Under the pieces are notes generated by a model that did no database searches, was not told the DNA's origin, and saw nothing but the letters and a program-made list of their open reading frames with translations. From Macrostomum lignano (Eukaryota), in the NCBI GenBank assembly GCA_002269645.1, contig NIVC01002061.1, forward strand, positions 62,001-126,000: a stretch of DNA of 64,000 bases, given 5' to 3'. The position numbers were made by a program, and so were the translations under genes. Within the stretch, counting starts at the first letter, position 1, and each line of letters opens with the position of its first letter. This document shows, in pieces, positions 39,418 to 51,583 of the stretch.

Positions 39418-39770
39418 ATTCAATTTCTGGACGAATTTGTCAACTAAAAAATCTACGATTCGATTAATTCCCGATCTTGAGGTCAAGTGCGCGGTGGATT
39501 GGGTCAGTTCATGACTCGAAGGATTTTCTGCAACAGTGATCTATCTCTACAGTTTTCTTCTAGATACGCAATGGAGCGGCTGGCTGTCTTCTTGATTCTT
39601 GCTATCTACTTATCTGCATGTCTCTACAAGAAATGAATCCCTTAAAAATGGCGCCTAAGTGGGGCGGACTAGCCTAGACTATTCTAGCCTAGATTAATAT
39701 CGATAGCTAGTCTCGACTAGGTTTGTGCACTTTAAGACCTGAACTATCCAGTCCGGACTAGCTAGTCTGG

Positions 39771-39856
39771 ACCACAGATTCTAATATACACTAGGTGGGC
39801 CACTCTCTTAAAAAGCTGTCTCTTTTGCTTACTGTCTATGATATAGAATCTGTGGT
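39771..39856. repeat. 86-bp mini inverted-repeat element
   Basis: ACCACAGATTCTA ... TAGAATCTGTGGT, flanked by CTGG on both sides. Confidence 0.5.
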
Positions 39857-39872
39857 CTGGGCTACGCTTTCT

Positions 39873-40295
39873 CATGGATGAAGGAATAGAAAGGATCGCT
39901 CATCTGAAAGCGAGTCTATGGCCAAAACCTCCTAAAAATTGGGATATTCCCCCCATGAATTTAATGGAATTGATGGAATTTAATAATAGTCCCCCCTAAG
40001 CTCCTACTGACTGAAGCTTCTACGCGAGGGAAATTCCAAAGTCACGATTAACGTTAGACATTTTTTGCTTCCTCTGGGCCACGACCATTCTATTCTTACC
40101 TCCATGGCCATGACGGCATAAGGAAAAGAAATTAGCATTCCACCGCGTACAAGCCTCTGCCATTAAGAATTTAGTTGGGACTATTATTAAATTACATCAG
40201 CCAATGAAATTCATGGGGGGACATCCCCATTTTTAGGAGGTTTTAGCCATAGACTCGCTTTCAGATGAGCGATCCTTTCGATTCCTTCATCCATG
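39873..40295. mobile_element. P-element-superfamily-type MITE, 423 bp
   Basis: ~100-bp imperfect TIRs beginning CATGGATGAAGGAAT; perfect 8-bp TSD CGCTTTCT (39865-39872, 40296-40303). Confidence 0.85.
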
Positions 40296-40514
40296 CGCTT
40301 TCTGCGTACGTCCTCACGAGTGCGCGTTGCTATGCACTCGTGAGTACACGAGTGTCTATGGAATTATTGCAAAATCAAGCCGTGCATCTATCAAATTGCC
40401 GACGGGTATAGCCCATCGTGGAGAAGACCATAGACAAAGTTCAATTAGCGTGAATTATTTCGCAATCGTCTACCTCCAAAACCATATACAAAATCTGCCG
40501 TTGTCCCATGAATC

Positions 40515-41086
40515 TTATATTTTTAGTAGCCTTAATAATGATTTTGAAGCGTTGAATAATGAGCGTACAGCATGACACAATGACAATACAGAACAACATA
40601 ATCTACCGGCTTGAAAGTTGACCCTCTTAACGTCGGCCGCCGTCGTCCTCTTGAGTCCAATTTTGTTTCCAAACTTAGCGCTGTAGCACCTCTCGCAGAA
40701 GATGTCGCCCTGCGCTACGAACAATTTTGTCACTTGAAGCTGTGCGTTGCATTCTCCTGTGAAAGGAAACACGATAATAGCGGTTTTACCCACAGATAAA
40801 ATAAAAACAATCATATTTTAAAGATTGAGACTTTTTAAAACAGTGCTGCATATCGACTATACCGGTTTAAGTAAAGTGTGCGGTATGATTCGTTCCGATG
40901 CCAAATATATTTCTGCCAATTGAAAGCTCGCCAGTCAGACTGCCAAGAGCTGGTTCACTTACCGTTACCGCACCGCAGGCAGCGTTTGTGCCAGCTCTTG
41001 CCGGCTGCGCACTGAGCCTCAGCAGGGAACACCTGTTCGCTGCACCGAGGGCACCCGAGGCACCGGGGTGGATGCCCTTCTTCCAT
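40515..41086 (-). CDS. Small single-LIM protein, CRP/CSRP/MLP-like; exons 41086-40963 and 40756-40515 (3' end uncertain); ~121 aa
   Basis: Exon 1 MEEGHPPRCLGCPRCSEQVFPAEAQCAAGKSWHKRCLRCGN|GTAAGT; acceptor TTTCACAG| then ECNAQLQVTKLFVAQGDIFCERCYSAKFG. This is a complete LIM (C-x2-C..H-x2-C..C..C-x2-C) resembling CSRP LIM2, with compatible phases. Confidence 0.85.
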
Positions 41087-42120
41087 GTGCCTGTTTTGAC
41101 TTTTTAATGCGATTAAAAAGCATGCATTTCATGGTTTTGAGGTACTTTCGGTTCGGTTAAATTTAACAAAAATGAACCTCGTTTTCTAATTGTTAATAAA
41201 TCTATATGCATAACGAATAAAATGTAAACTTTGCCTTACTAAATTAAAGGTATACAATAAAATAAATAAACAAAATGAACACATTGAAACACTTGACTAA
41301 GGACTTCTTTTGAAATTAGATCATAATTTAGACACTAAAAATTGTAGCAGCAATTAAGAAAGCGGTATATAGTGCATATACGAGCGTACAGAAGGCTATC
41401 ATTGTCATTGGATTAAAAGTTTGTAGTGCAATTACTGTACTCGTATAATCATGTCCTAATTGTCCGTAAAACAAGTATAATTAACAAATTAATAAATATT
41501 TGTTAAAGTAGATGATCAAGATTATGAAAATACTTCAGAGCTTTTATCAATGCTAAATTTAGTTTAAATTGCAGCTATATGACTGTGAACGGAAGTTCGC
41601 TGGATTTTTAATAGAAAAATAAAAGACGATATAGCTACTAGAAGGAATACTTCTGATAACTACGCAGCTACGTACAGTATAAGAATCAACAAGCTACTAA
41701 ACATGAGTAAGTAGAAAAATTTCTCTTTAGTTTACCTGTGTCTTATTAGTACATGCTTTAAGTTTGAAAGATAGTTCGTAAACTGACATGAGAATATAAA
41801 AGCTTGCTCAGTAGTTGGCATTTGAACTAAAAATGATATTGTAGCTCCGCCATACTATATAGAGTGCAGGGCGGGCATATTCAGTAAAAAGCAGAGCGTT
41901 AAGAAGATGCTGAATACATAACTCGATATCGTTCAGGTCCGCTTTTATAGTCTAAAATTTAATTACTTCAATTGGAAAACAGCGAATAGAAAAAAGTCAG
42001 CATGGCCTCTAGGGCCTATCTAGGGTCCATTTTACAAGTTTCAAATAACAAGTGAAAATTGCCAATATTCCGAGAACTTTTACACAGCTCTTCGCTTTTT
42101 CCATGAACAGGCACGCACCC

Positions 42121-42430
42121 GGGGGTGTTTTATAAAGCTAAGCTTGATCTTAAGTGCCAACTTACACATTAACTTAGGGGTAAGGGGGTCATACTATAAA
42201 GCTGTCGTAGCGTAAGTTCGATCGTACGTCGGAACTTTTACACTGCGGAGAATCTAAGAACCATCTTATCTTACGATGGCTTTATAGAACGGGCCCGACA
42301 TGTTTTATAAAGATAAATGTAAGTCTTAGCTGGGAACCAACTTAGGTACGACCTAAGATAAGATTGAACTTATGGTCATTGGGCCCGTTTTATAAAGCCA
42401 TCGTAAGATAAGATCGTTCTTCATCGTAAG
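42121..42430. mobile_element. Cluster of Harbinger-like MITE termini
   Basis: 33-bp inverted repeat with 1 mismatch (42264-42296 / 42381-42413, GGGCCCGTTTTATAAAGCCATCGTAAGATAAGA); further GTTTTATAAAG termini at ~42127 and ~42302. Confidence 0.55.
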
Positions 42431-42645
42431 ATAAGATAAAATCTTCATGAAAATACTATTAATTTGTCAAGGCACTTTCGGATTTCTCATGAAATGGACC
42501 CCAAAATTTATTAAAAGTCCCTTACTCGGCGCAAAAATTAGCTATTGATATGAAAAACAGCCTAATCATTAAAAGATTAAACTTGAAATAAAAAATAAAA
42601 GTGCGTGTTAGCTACTGTAGGGCTTTTTAATGACCAATGTAAATT

Positions 42646-45600
42646 TTAAATAAGACCTTGAAGACTTTCAATGGCAGCACACTTTGAAACCAATCGCCAT
42701 TCTGGCGGAATCCGATCCATCCTGATTCCTTTGGTTCGTTCCAGCTCCTCCTTGAAGCGCCACACGAACCATTTCCAAAACACTGCGTCCGAATTTCTCT
42801 CGTCTGGGGGGATATCCCAGTCTGGGAAGTACCTTCGGTAAGCAGAATAGCGGTGTTGGTAGTTTGGATCGAAATTGCGCTGGACGCAGTTCTCCGATGG
42901 CTTAGTGCTATATTGGCACGCTGAGCAGGAAAACGTGATTCTTCGAGGTCCAGTGTCAAGATGCAGCCAGGATCCGCAAGTTTGAGCCATAAACTCCCTT
43001 GTTGCCACCCAGTGCCAGCCGGAGACTCCCTGTGGTCTGTGCTGCACGCAGTGATGCGGACTGCCATCAATGTCAAAATGGTGCAACAAAGACTTGCAGC
43101 ACGGCTCTCTGCAGAATGGGCATTGCTCCTTGCAGCCCCAAATTTTGCTGAGCACAGATGAGCACAAATCTGTTTCACCGCAAACAACTTCTTTAACATT
43201 CCGGACATTTGAATAGTGTTGCATCAGACGACTTTTCAGATTGCTTATTTCAGAGACTACAGTGCGAACAACTTCCTCCAAATTTGCTGATTTATAACTT
43301 TTCAGCTGAACCAGATCATTTGAACCAAACTGAATGTCAGCTGGCATGAGGGAAGGAAGCTTTTCAATCCACTCTTGAAAACTTTTCGATTGAGCTGCAG
43401 AATCTTGTATCGATCTTTTTGCACTTTCCAGCTGCGGGTCAATCAGTGACTTAACTATTGTTATAAGTTCAATGCCAGCCTGGCTACTGTGCCCTAGAAA
43501 TGTAGCATTAATGTACTGATCAAGCCAGTAGAAAGCACTTTCATATGGTACAGCGATGTATTTAGCCAGTGAGTCGAAGTCCTCTCTATCTGCCATGTCT
43601 TTCAGCATGCACACAATCAGATGGTATTTTGTCCTCCCCAAATCATTCAAGATCCTGCTTCGTAGGTCAGCTCCGACTTTCCAATCAGTCAACCGAATCA
43701 CCAAAGCGCGCAGATGGCCCATGAAATACTCAGCCACGATTTCACTGTCGCATTTTCCTTGGACTGTGCTCTCAAACAGTCTCCACATTCGTTCTTTTGA
43801 GTCTGCGAGTTTTGCTTTCTGACCGCTTTTATCAACAAACCTTCTGTCCATTGCGACAAGGTGTGGAAAGGCGAATCTGAATGCAATGACTGTCAGTCTT
43901 ATTTCCAACTCGTTAGTGAGTCCAATCCACTGCTCTCTAAACTTCTCTGACGCTAGTTTTTGCAAACCAACACGAATCATTTGATGAATTGTTGGGATGT
44001 CTGAGCCCTTCTTTGCAAGTTCAACAACTGCTTTAACTAGTTCTTTGCTTTCGGTCAGTACTGTGACAGACCTGTTCTTTTTTGCATCTGCTGCGTTTGA
44101 TAACGGTTTAGTTCCGCATTTCGAGTCGCCTTCTATCGATGCGTAAAGGGTAGATCGATTTGGCACAAGACTATGTTCCACTACATTTTCGATTGACTCA
44201 TCAGGTTTCAATGAAATTGGGGATTCCCGAAGAACATCGTCGAGGGTGCGACCCTCGCTTGAGTAAAATTGCTTTAGGTGGTCTACTATCATTTTTTCTA
44301 TCACAAGTCGTTTATTTTTTGGCTGAGATGCAAACTGACTTTCTAATTGCTTCCAAAGTTTGTCAAACTCTTCGCGAATTTGTTTAGCTGAAACGTTCTT
44401 TTGTCTTTTAGTCAATTCATTCCCTCTTGCCACCACCATCTGTTCCCATTTCTGCTGCTGAAAACCCTGCTCTAACTCCTCTCTCTGCTCGCTGCACATC
44501 GCTTCCATTTTTCTGTGTGTCTCAAGTTCAAGGTTGCGAAAGCTGTGTTTGAGATTCTCCAACGTTTTTTCTTGGAAATGCAGCACGTACTCTCGGTATG
44601 GGCTTTCGTTGAAAAACCTTTTTAAAATGTCCGACGTGTCCTTAAATTCTTTCATGAGAAATTCTGTCAGATTCGCTTTGGATCTTGCTAAAGTCTCAGC
44701 AATCAACTCGCATGTTGAACACACTCGAATGGCATTGGCTACGGTACTCTGCAGCCATTCCTCTAAGCGGTCTTCAACATCGCCCATTGTTTTTAGGAGT
44801 CTTTTTTCAAGTCTGATATATGCTTTCCGCTCAATGCTATTCCTAAAACTGAACACAAAGTCCTCAGACAGTATTGCCTTCCACAAATCATTTACTCGAT
44901 GAGAAAAGTCGCTGAATCCCAGATAGCTCTTCTGTTCTCGATCAAAAATGTGCAAAAGGTGCTGCTTAACCTCCTGAACACCCATCGAGTAGCCTGGATT
45001 CACTGGAGCCATGGGAGGGTCGCCCTTTAACAGATCTGATATGAAGAAAATATCCGTGTCTCTGTTGAACTGCAGAATGTCTCCGAAACGCTTCACGTCA
45101 TTGAGACCTTCTCCCAATGCAGTTTCTTTCGTCATGTCGTCAAGGGTTTGATGCATTTTGAATGTCGCTTCCTGCATCATCTCTTTTGCTCCAGCCGCTG
45201 CTACATTTTGATGAGCAAAAATGCAACGCCGTTTTATGTTAATCATTCTGTTTGCCATCTTCATCCTGATGAAAGCGTGAATCGCAATCTGTAGGATATC
45301 CTTCATCTCTGCAGCGTTCTCTCCTTTGATGTTGATGATGGTCACGTCTCCAAGTCCGATGACCAGTGTAGCCAGCTCGTTGTCATGGTGATGCTTGTCT
45401 AGACCCAGCTCGGGAGCTCTAAGACCCTCGGTGTCGAGCACAGCGACATAGTCGAACGGCATTCCCGACTCCACCGGAACCAGCTGCAGAAATGCGCCTC
45501 GAGTGCAGCGACCCGCACTCACTGCGAACTTCAGTCCGAACATGGTGTTGAGCAGAGTGGACTTGCCTGAGCTCTGCAGACCGAGCACGGAGATCACGTA

Positions 45601-48149
45601 GATCTTCTTGTCACCGACCAGCTCATGGCAGCTCTTGAGGATGGCAGAGATCCAGGCAGACGGGATGTTTCCAGCGTCGCCATCGAGAATCTCTAGAGGA
45701 ACTCCTAGCATCAGAAGATTTGCAAAGCACTTTGGTAAGTTGTTTACTAAAGGCCTTTTATCGGTTAAAATGTCGATTTCGGCTTCTTGAAGGGCTTCAA
45801 AAAGTTGACCCTCTTCTCTAAAAAGATGTTCCAGTCCTACGGAGCAGCTCCGCAGTTTTTTTTCGAGCTTTTTTAGCTGCTGTTCAGTTCTTAGTCTCTC
45901 TTGCATTTGCTTTGTTCCCAGTTTGTCTACCAGCTCTCTTTTGCGTTCTAACAAAGCCGGGAAGGTTTTCCTTGACTTCTCATCAAGCTTCAGCTTTATG
46001 CATTGTACATACAGCTTTGCTAGTAAGAAATTGTCGTTGCAATCACTGGCTGCGTTCAATACTTTTGCAAACGTTAGGGCAAGTGTCTTTGATGCCTTCA
46101 GTATTTCGATTTGCTTATTTCGAATGCCAGCTCTTCTTAACGAGCTGACCTCAATTTCTTCAGGAGATTTAATATTGTACTCCTTTCTCAGTAGTTGACT
46201 GTATTCTAGCCACAGAGCCGTCAGGGGCAAGCATTCTTGTGCCAAGTTCGTCTGGTCTCCCGCGTCAATTTTAATCAGCAGTGCGACGGCACTTTTCATA
46301 GTTCCACCTGGGAAACTATCGAAATCGGACTGCTGGAGTTGCTGCGCGAACGGAATTTCTCTATTTAAATTTTCATTAACCAGCTTTTGAGCGAGCTCGC
46401 GACTTAGGTCACTGAGAAGCTCCCGTTCCGCTTTTGGTCTCCTTCCACTAAAAGCTGTTACTGTTGGCAACGATGCAACAATTTCTTTTTCCTCTTCGGT
46501 GTATTCTTGAGACTTGCTTTTAGTAGATCTGACCATTTCTTTGAACACAACGAGAATGATTTCAGCTTTTTCTCTCAGATTCCGAAGACTTTGCAAGCAC
46601 TCTTGCCCTCTAAGTATTTCCAACTCGACAAAAACTACAATGACATGGGAGACTTCGGCCAATAGGCGAGCTTGCTCATCGAACTCTAAAACGTTTCCTC
46701 GAAGATTTGCTGTCAAGAATGGCCGGGCCATGCCGGCCGAAGTGCTTGTCTTCGACGGCAGAAACACTGTGGCCTCAACCAGACCGTTGCTGCAAAGCCT
46801 TCGAGTTTGTCCGCCGAAGCAGTCTCTGTGAAAGAATGTCTCATGACTGCTGCCATTGATAAGAGAGTTCAGCAGCTTGGACTTGGACACAGGCAGCTCT
46901 CCGATCCTCACAAAGGACACCACTGGAAGCGGGTAATCTGAAACTAGACTGGTCTCGACGTACTGACCGTTCGGATCTCGAAATTGGAGAATGATGTCTC
47001 TCAGGCTCCAGTTGCTCATCACTAATGAGTCCTTCTCATCTCGGTAGATAAGTGGAAAAGCCAACTTGCAGGCAAACAGAGTCTTGCACAGGATTTGCTG
47101 CACCTCCTGGTCGCAGCAGAGGTAGCAGCAGAGAAGAGCATCGATTGGGTTGACTCCTTCCTCCGAATTATCCTCTTCTTCCTCTTGCAAACTAATTTTT
47201 GATTGCAAAAGGATGCTGGAATCCGGCCTAACAGCTCGTCCGTCATAATTAAAAAGCTGTCTTAGTAGATACCAGGACGTTTGAGTTGGCTCCAGGCTCT
47301 CTGGTGCCTCAATGTTAGATGCTACGACTTTAATTATTTGCGTGAAAGGTATGGACATTGGAAACCAGTCACTCATTCCTATTTTAGTCACCATTTCTCT
47401 CAAACCAGAGTTTTCCGTGTAAGTTTCTTGAGTCTGCCTATCTTTTTGTGCTTCAATTTCGTGCGAGTCAACTTCAAGAGATTTCTTATGAGTTGTCTCG
47501 ACATCTTCAGCCTCACTTTCCGATTCGGACCTCTCAGAGCGCTGCGCTTCGTCATCATTGCCTGGCTCAGTAGCTGGAGAGTCAGTAGCCGTGTTGGAGT
47601 GTCCAGCTTGGTTTTCTTGGCTGTCGAGTTCATCGCACTGCATGGCAGCTCCCTTTTCGTCATCAGTCTCTTGATCCGAACAGTTGTTAGGAACTCTCAC
47701 ACAGGCTTCGGGTTGAATCTGGATGTCTCCTGACTGTAGAGTCAACAGGTACTCCAAGAGAGCATTAATATCCACTGAGCAGCATTTTCCGGGTTCCTGG
47801 TTATGCATCTTCTTTCCTGGCAAATTTCCTTCTATATCTTTTCTGGTGCTTTCCTTTTTTGTCTGATATTTCTGAACTTTCGCTATAGCATCTCTGTTTT
47901 CAACAAAAAGAGATTTTATTTCATCCAGTTGTCTTAAAACACGGTCTGCCATTTCTTTGTCCTCTTGGCTGTCTTGTTGCTGAGCGAGACTCTCGTGGTC
48001 GTTTTTAAAGGTCAGATGAAAAACGCTGGGTACGGTTTTCACGGACATGCAGTACTTTTGAAGTTTGTTTTTCCACTTTTCTGCGTCTGCCTCAACCAGA
48101 AACTGACGAAGAGCGACTTCAATGGCCCTGTTCATTGATGGCGGCTCAT
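42646..48149 (-). CDS. GVIN1: GVIN1/VLIG homologue B, main coding exon (1841 aa with the upstream exon at 52088-52067)
   Basis: Same G1-G3 motifs, URGCP-like domain and C-terminal GCKEQCPFC..HRP as copy A. The ORF-track start (48168) is a TTG within the acceptor TTTTTCATTCCAG| (exon starts 48149); first in-exon in-frame ATG at 48135. Confidence 0.93.
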
Positions 48150-48618
48150 CTGGAATGAAAAATGGCAAAGCCAGTGGGCCAGCTGCTAGTTGCTACTAAT
48201 ATCAGATTAACAATTGGTCAGTTCACGTGCCTATATTTTCCATAAAAACCTGGTGCAAAAGGTATTGAACATTGATTTTGATTTCTACGACAAAAGGCGG
48301 TGCTAAAATTGTTTTAGCAATTTCAGCGCCAATTACACAATTTTATACATCAGAGGGCTATGCGCTGGAAACAGAATCTTTCAATTATCCCATCTTCTGA
48401 TCAAATGAATTGATGAAATTAATTCGAAACTTTGAAGCTTCCAAACTGGTACAACTGCGCTTGTGCCAGTGTGTGCCTGTCAAACTGCGCGTGTCCATGT
48501 GTAAAAATTAAAATTTGCGCTTGTGGATGTGTCTTTCTGTGTCTATTTCCAGGAAATATGTCTATATTTTTATAGAGAAGTCTTTACTATTGCTTTCGAC
48601 CTTAAGTCTACATCTAAC

Positions 48619-50601
48619 TACATCTGAAGTCATACTCTAAGAAAAAACTTGCTATTACTAGTTTGGAGTAATAGAAATTGGAGTAAAATTGTAGTAAATA
48701 AAGATTTGAGGCAAGCATTGATCTTGTTGGTTGGGGTGCCGCACGGAATGACAGACGTCTGTCTAAAAGCATGCGTTGAAAACTCTGGCTTCTGGCCTCT
48801 CTCCGGCATTCAGGTGGTTCGAAACAACTCTGCCCTCCTCTCTCTCCTCTCTGTCTCTCTCTTCTCTCTCCTCTCTTTTTTCTACTCTTCTCTCTCCTCT
48901 TCTCTTCTCTTCTTTCCTGTCTCCCCCTTTCTCTCTGCTCTCTCCTCTATTCTCTCTTCTCACTCTTCTCTTCTTGCTACTAGCTATCTCATATCTCCTA
49001 TTTTCTCTCTACTCTCTACTCTCTCTCTTCTTTACTCTCTCGCCTCTCCTCTTCTCTTCTATCTTGTCTCTCATCCCATATCTCTCACCTCTCCTCTCTT
49101 CTCTAATTTTCTATTCCTTCTATTTTCCACTCTCATCTGGCCCTTAATTTAAAAAGATTTCCGACCCCAGCCTTAATAAGTGCTTCTAAAGCCAGTTTTA
49201 AGGAAATGGTGCTCTCAATCTCTAGCTCCACTGCAGAAGTCAAATAACTTGATAAGTTTTTCCTTGGGGGCATTTTAAATTTTAAGAGCCTTTGACTTAA
49301 GCAAAACTTTAATTGCTAATATTTCCATATGTGAATAGGGTTTGGTAGGATTGTACGAGCTATTGCATCTCTCCAACCGATCAATTTCGCTTTTACAAAC
49401 CATGCCGCATTGCCAGTCTAATTCGCAGAGTTCCTCATCCACTGTAAACTGCAAGCTGTACAGATAGATTAGAATTTCTCAATAAACTGTCATAGCTGCC
49501 ATTCTGAGGCGCAGAGAACGCCATAAGTGAAGTTATTCCAAAACACTGTGTATTGCTATGCGCGATGAGGCTCTTACTCCCTCCCTGTTCTGGCACCTAT
49601 TAAAAGCAGTAACTTAGTGAGTGGCCCAACACCAAGAAAAAAAGAAAAAGTTTATTGTCAATCGCTTCATGTGGAGCAAGCTCATGGCAGCCGAAAGTTA
49701 ACCAATTTTAAAATCCATTTACGCTCTACACTACACATTTGGCCAGATAAGGAAAGGAAAGAGAGGCAAGCGGAGATTGGGGCGGCTGTCTCGCTGACAA
49801 AAAGCAGATCAACTTTGAAAGCGCACAGCGCCGTTCAGGATTATCTCAAAGACTCAAGCTTTTACAGGATTGCGACAAAGTAGTTGAAAAAGATTGAATG
49901 AAAAATGACACTTTTAGCCGTTTTTTTATTTTAGATAAGAAAACTTGAATTCAGGATACTTTAAGATAGCCTAAAATCTTCTCCGTAGTGAGTTTAAAGT
50001 AGTGCAAAATTTAATGCAATTTGGTTGAGCGGTTTGGGAGTCCATAGCGACCAAATTTGTACACACACAGAGGGCAGACAGACATAGTTTCAATTTTATG
50101 CCCTTATAAAAAAGAAAAGAGAAAAATAAGAGAAATAAGAGAGTAAGTATGAGAGACGAGAGATAAAAAACAAAGAGAAGTAAGAATAGATATGAGATAT
50201 GAGAGAGTAGAGAAGAGAGGAGAGAGGAGAGGAGACATAAAAAAGAGGAAACAGGAGAGAGTAGAGGGGGATCGAGAAGACACGAGAGGAGAGAAAAATA
50301 TATAGAGATAAGAGAAAAGAGAGTAGAGAGTAGAAAGAAGAGAAGAGTTGAGGAGAGAGGAGAGAGAGAAGAGTGCAGAGAGGTTTCAAACGACCCGAAT
50401 GACGGAGAGAGAGAGAGAGGCAGAGGCCAGAGGCCAGAATTTGCAACGCATGGTTTAGACAGACATTGCTTGTCATTCCGTGTTGCATTGACGAGATCAA
50501 TGCTTGCTCTGAATTTATTTTTAAACGAATTTAATCCTATTTTTGTCTACCTCTATCCTAAGCATTAACAAGGTTTTTGTTAGAGTATGACTTCAGATGT
50601 A
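48619..50601. repeat. Pair of inverted homologous arms with CT-rich (48835-49140) and GA-rich (50105-50420) low-complexity tracts
   Basis: TACATCTGAAGTCATACTCTAA at 48619 and its reverse complement ending 50601; homologous GCAAGCATTGATCT, CACGGAATGACA, TGTCTGTCTAAA, TCTGGC(T/C)TCTGGCCTCT blocks. Confidence 0.7.
49985..50095 (-). mobile_element. Possible Helentron/HINE-like fragment
   Basis: TGTCTGTCTG...AAACCGCTCAACCAAATTGCATTAAATTTTG resembles the DINE/HINE conserved block (from memory). Confidence 0.3.
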
Positions 50602-50959
50602 CGAATGTTTGCAAAATAGTTCCAGGGATTGGAATTCAGCGGGTTCAAAGTCCGCGGGTATCCACAGCTTGAGTTCATATGAAAGGCATTAAATTTGTAA
50701 AACAAATCCTAGCCGTCTGTAAATTTTCACCTCATAAAATAGATTACTGCAAAACCGAAAATTCACGAATTGTATCCACATTTCGCAGCAAGTGGGTAGG
50801 AGAAAGAGAGAATTATTTTTACGTGTAATCTTAGGTAATGACAGTGTAATACGTTGCAACTTTGTGAGTTAGTTATTGTCCCTTTTCAAACGTTACCGTG
50901 ACAAGAATAGCTAAAAAAGTCACGAGCGCATTAGGTGAGTTTCAAAATCGTAAAGTCGC

Positions 50960-51355
50960 AAAAAGTCGTCCCAGAGTTGTTGTCTTAACGCTTAGCTTTC
51001 TACGAGCTACGAACGCACGTAGACTACATAATAGAGTTAGTACAAATGCAAAATGCGATTATAATTCATAAGTGACGCAGATGCGCTATAGACACAACTC
51101 AGTGATATTCTACAGCGACTCTGGCACGCCTAAAATGCGACTATACGTCCCCAGAGTCACTTGCGTCGCCCCAGAGTCGTTTCAGAGTTGCAGACAATAA
51201 AATGCCTTAAACAGACTATTAGGCGACTCTTTCTTGAATTTTCGGGCGACTTTTACCGCCACGTCTCGTCGTTTTAGAGTTGTCTACAGTTAAACCAATC
51301 TTACCTATTCTACCGTGTTACCTGAAACTAAGCGGGGACGACGCAAGTGACGATT
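50960..51355. mobile_element. Non-autonomous DNA-transposon-like repeat with GCGACT/AGTCGC motifs
   Basis: Inverted GTCACTTGCGTCGCCCC (~51157) / GGGGACGACGCAAGTGAC (~51334); homologous to 4985-5120. Confidence 0.5.
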
Positions 51356-51583
51356 ATTAGTCTGGGTACCTTTTTCATCAAAACTTGATTGGTGCAGCTT
51401 CCCTTGAGGCAAATTGTACATCTTTTTGATTATCGTGCATCTTTGACTCTTTTCCTTGATATGCAAAAAATTTGCAGCGTTCTTTTTAGCAAGAACGTAA
51501 GAACGAATAAGAACGTTCTCACAGCAAAAACTTTAGGCAATAGCCCGTCATTTCTTGGTTTTCTAGCGCGCTTTTGCCTAGAA

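Noticed and set aside
39571-39636. Signal-peptide-like 21-aa ORF MERLAVFLILAIYLSACLYKK
   Set aside because: Too short, no continuation, and embedded among TE relics.
38846-40607. LIM-VLIG A fusion by splicing
   Set aside because: The LIM exon-2 candidate donor is phase 1, whereas the VLIG A acceptor needs phase 2; no bridging exon found.
48132-48149. ATGAGCCGCCAT matching the VWDE exon-1 start ATGAGCCGTCAT
   Set aside because: An 11/12 match in an unrelated frame with no extended homology; treated as coincidence.
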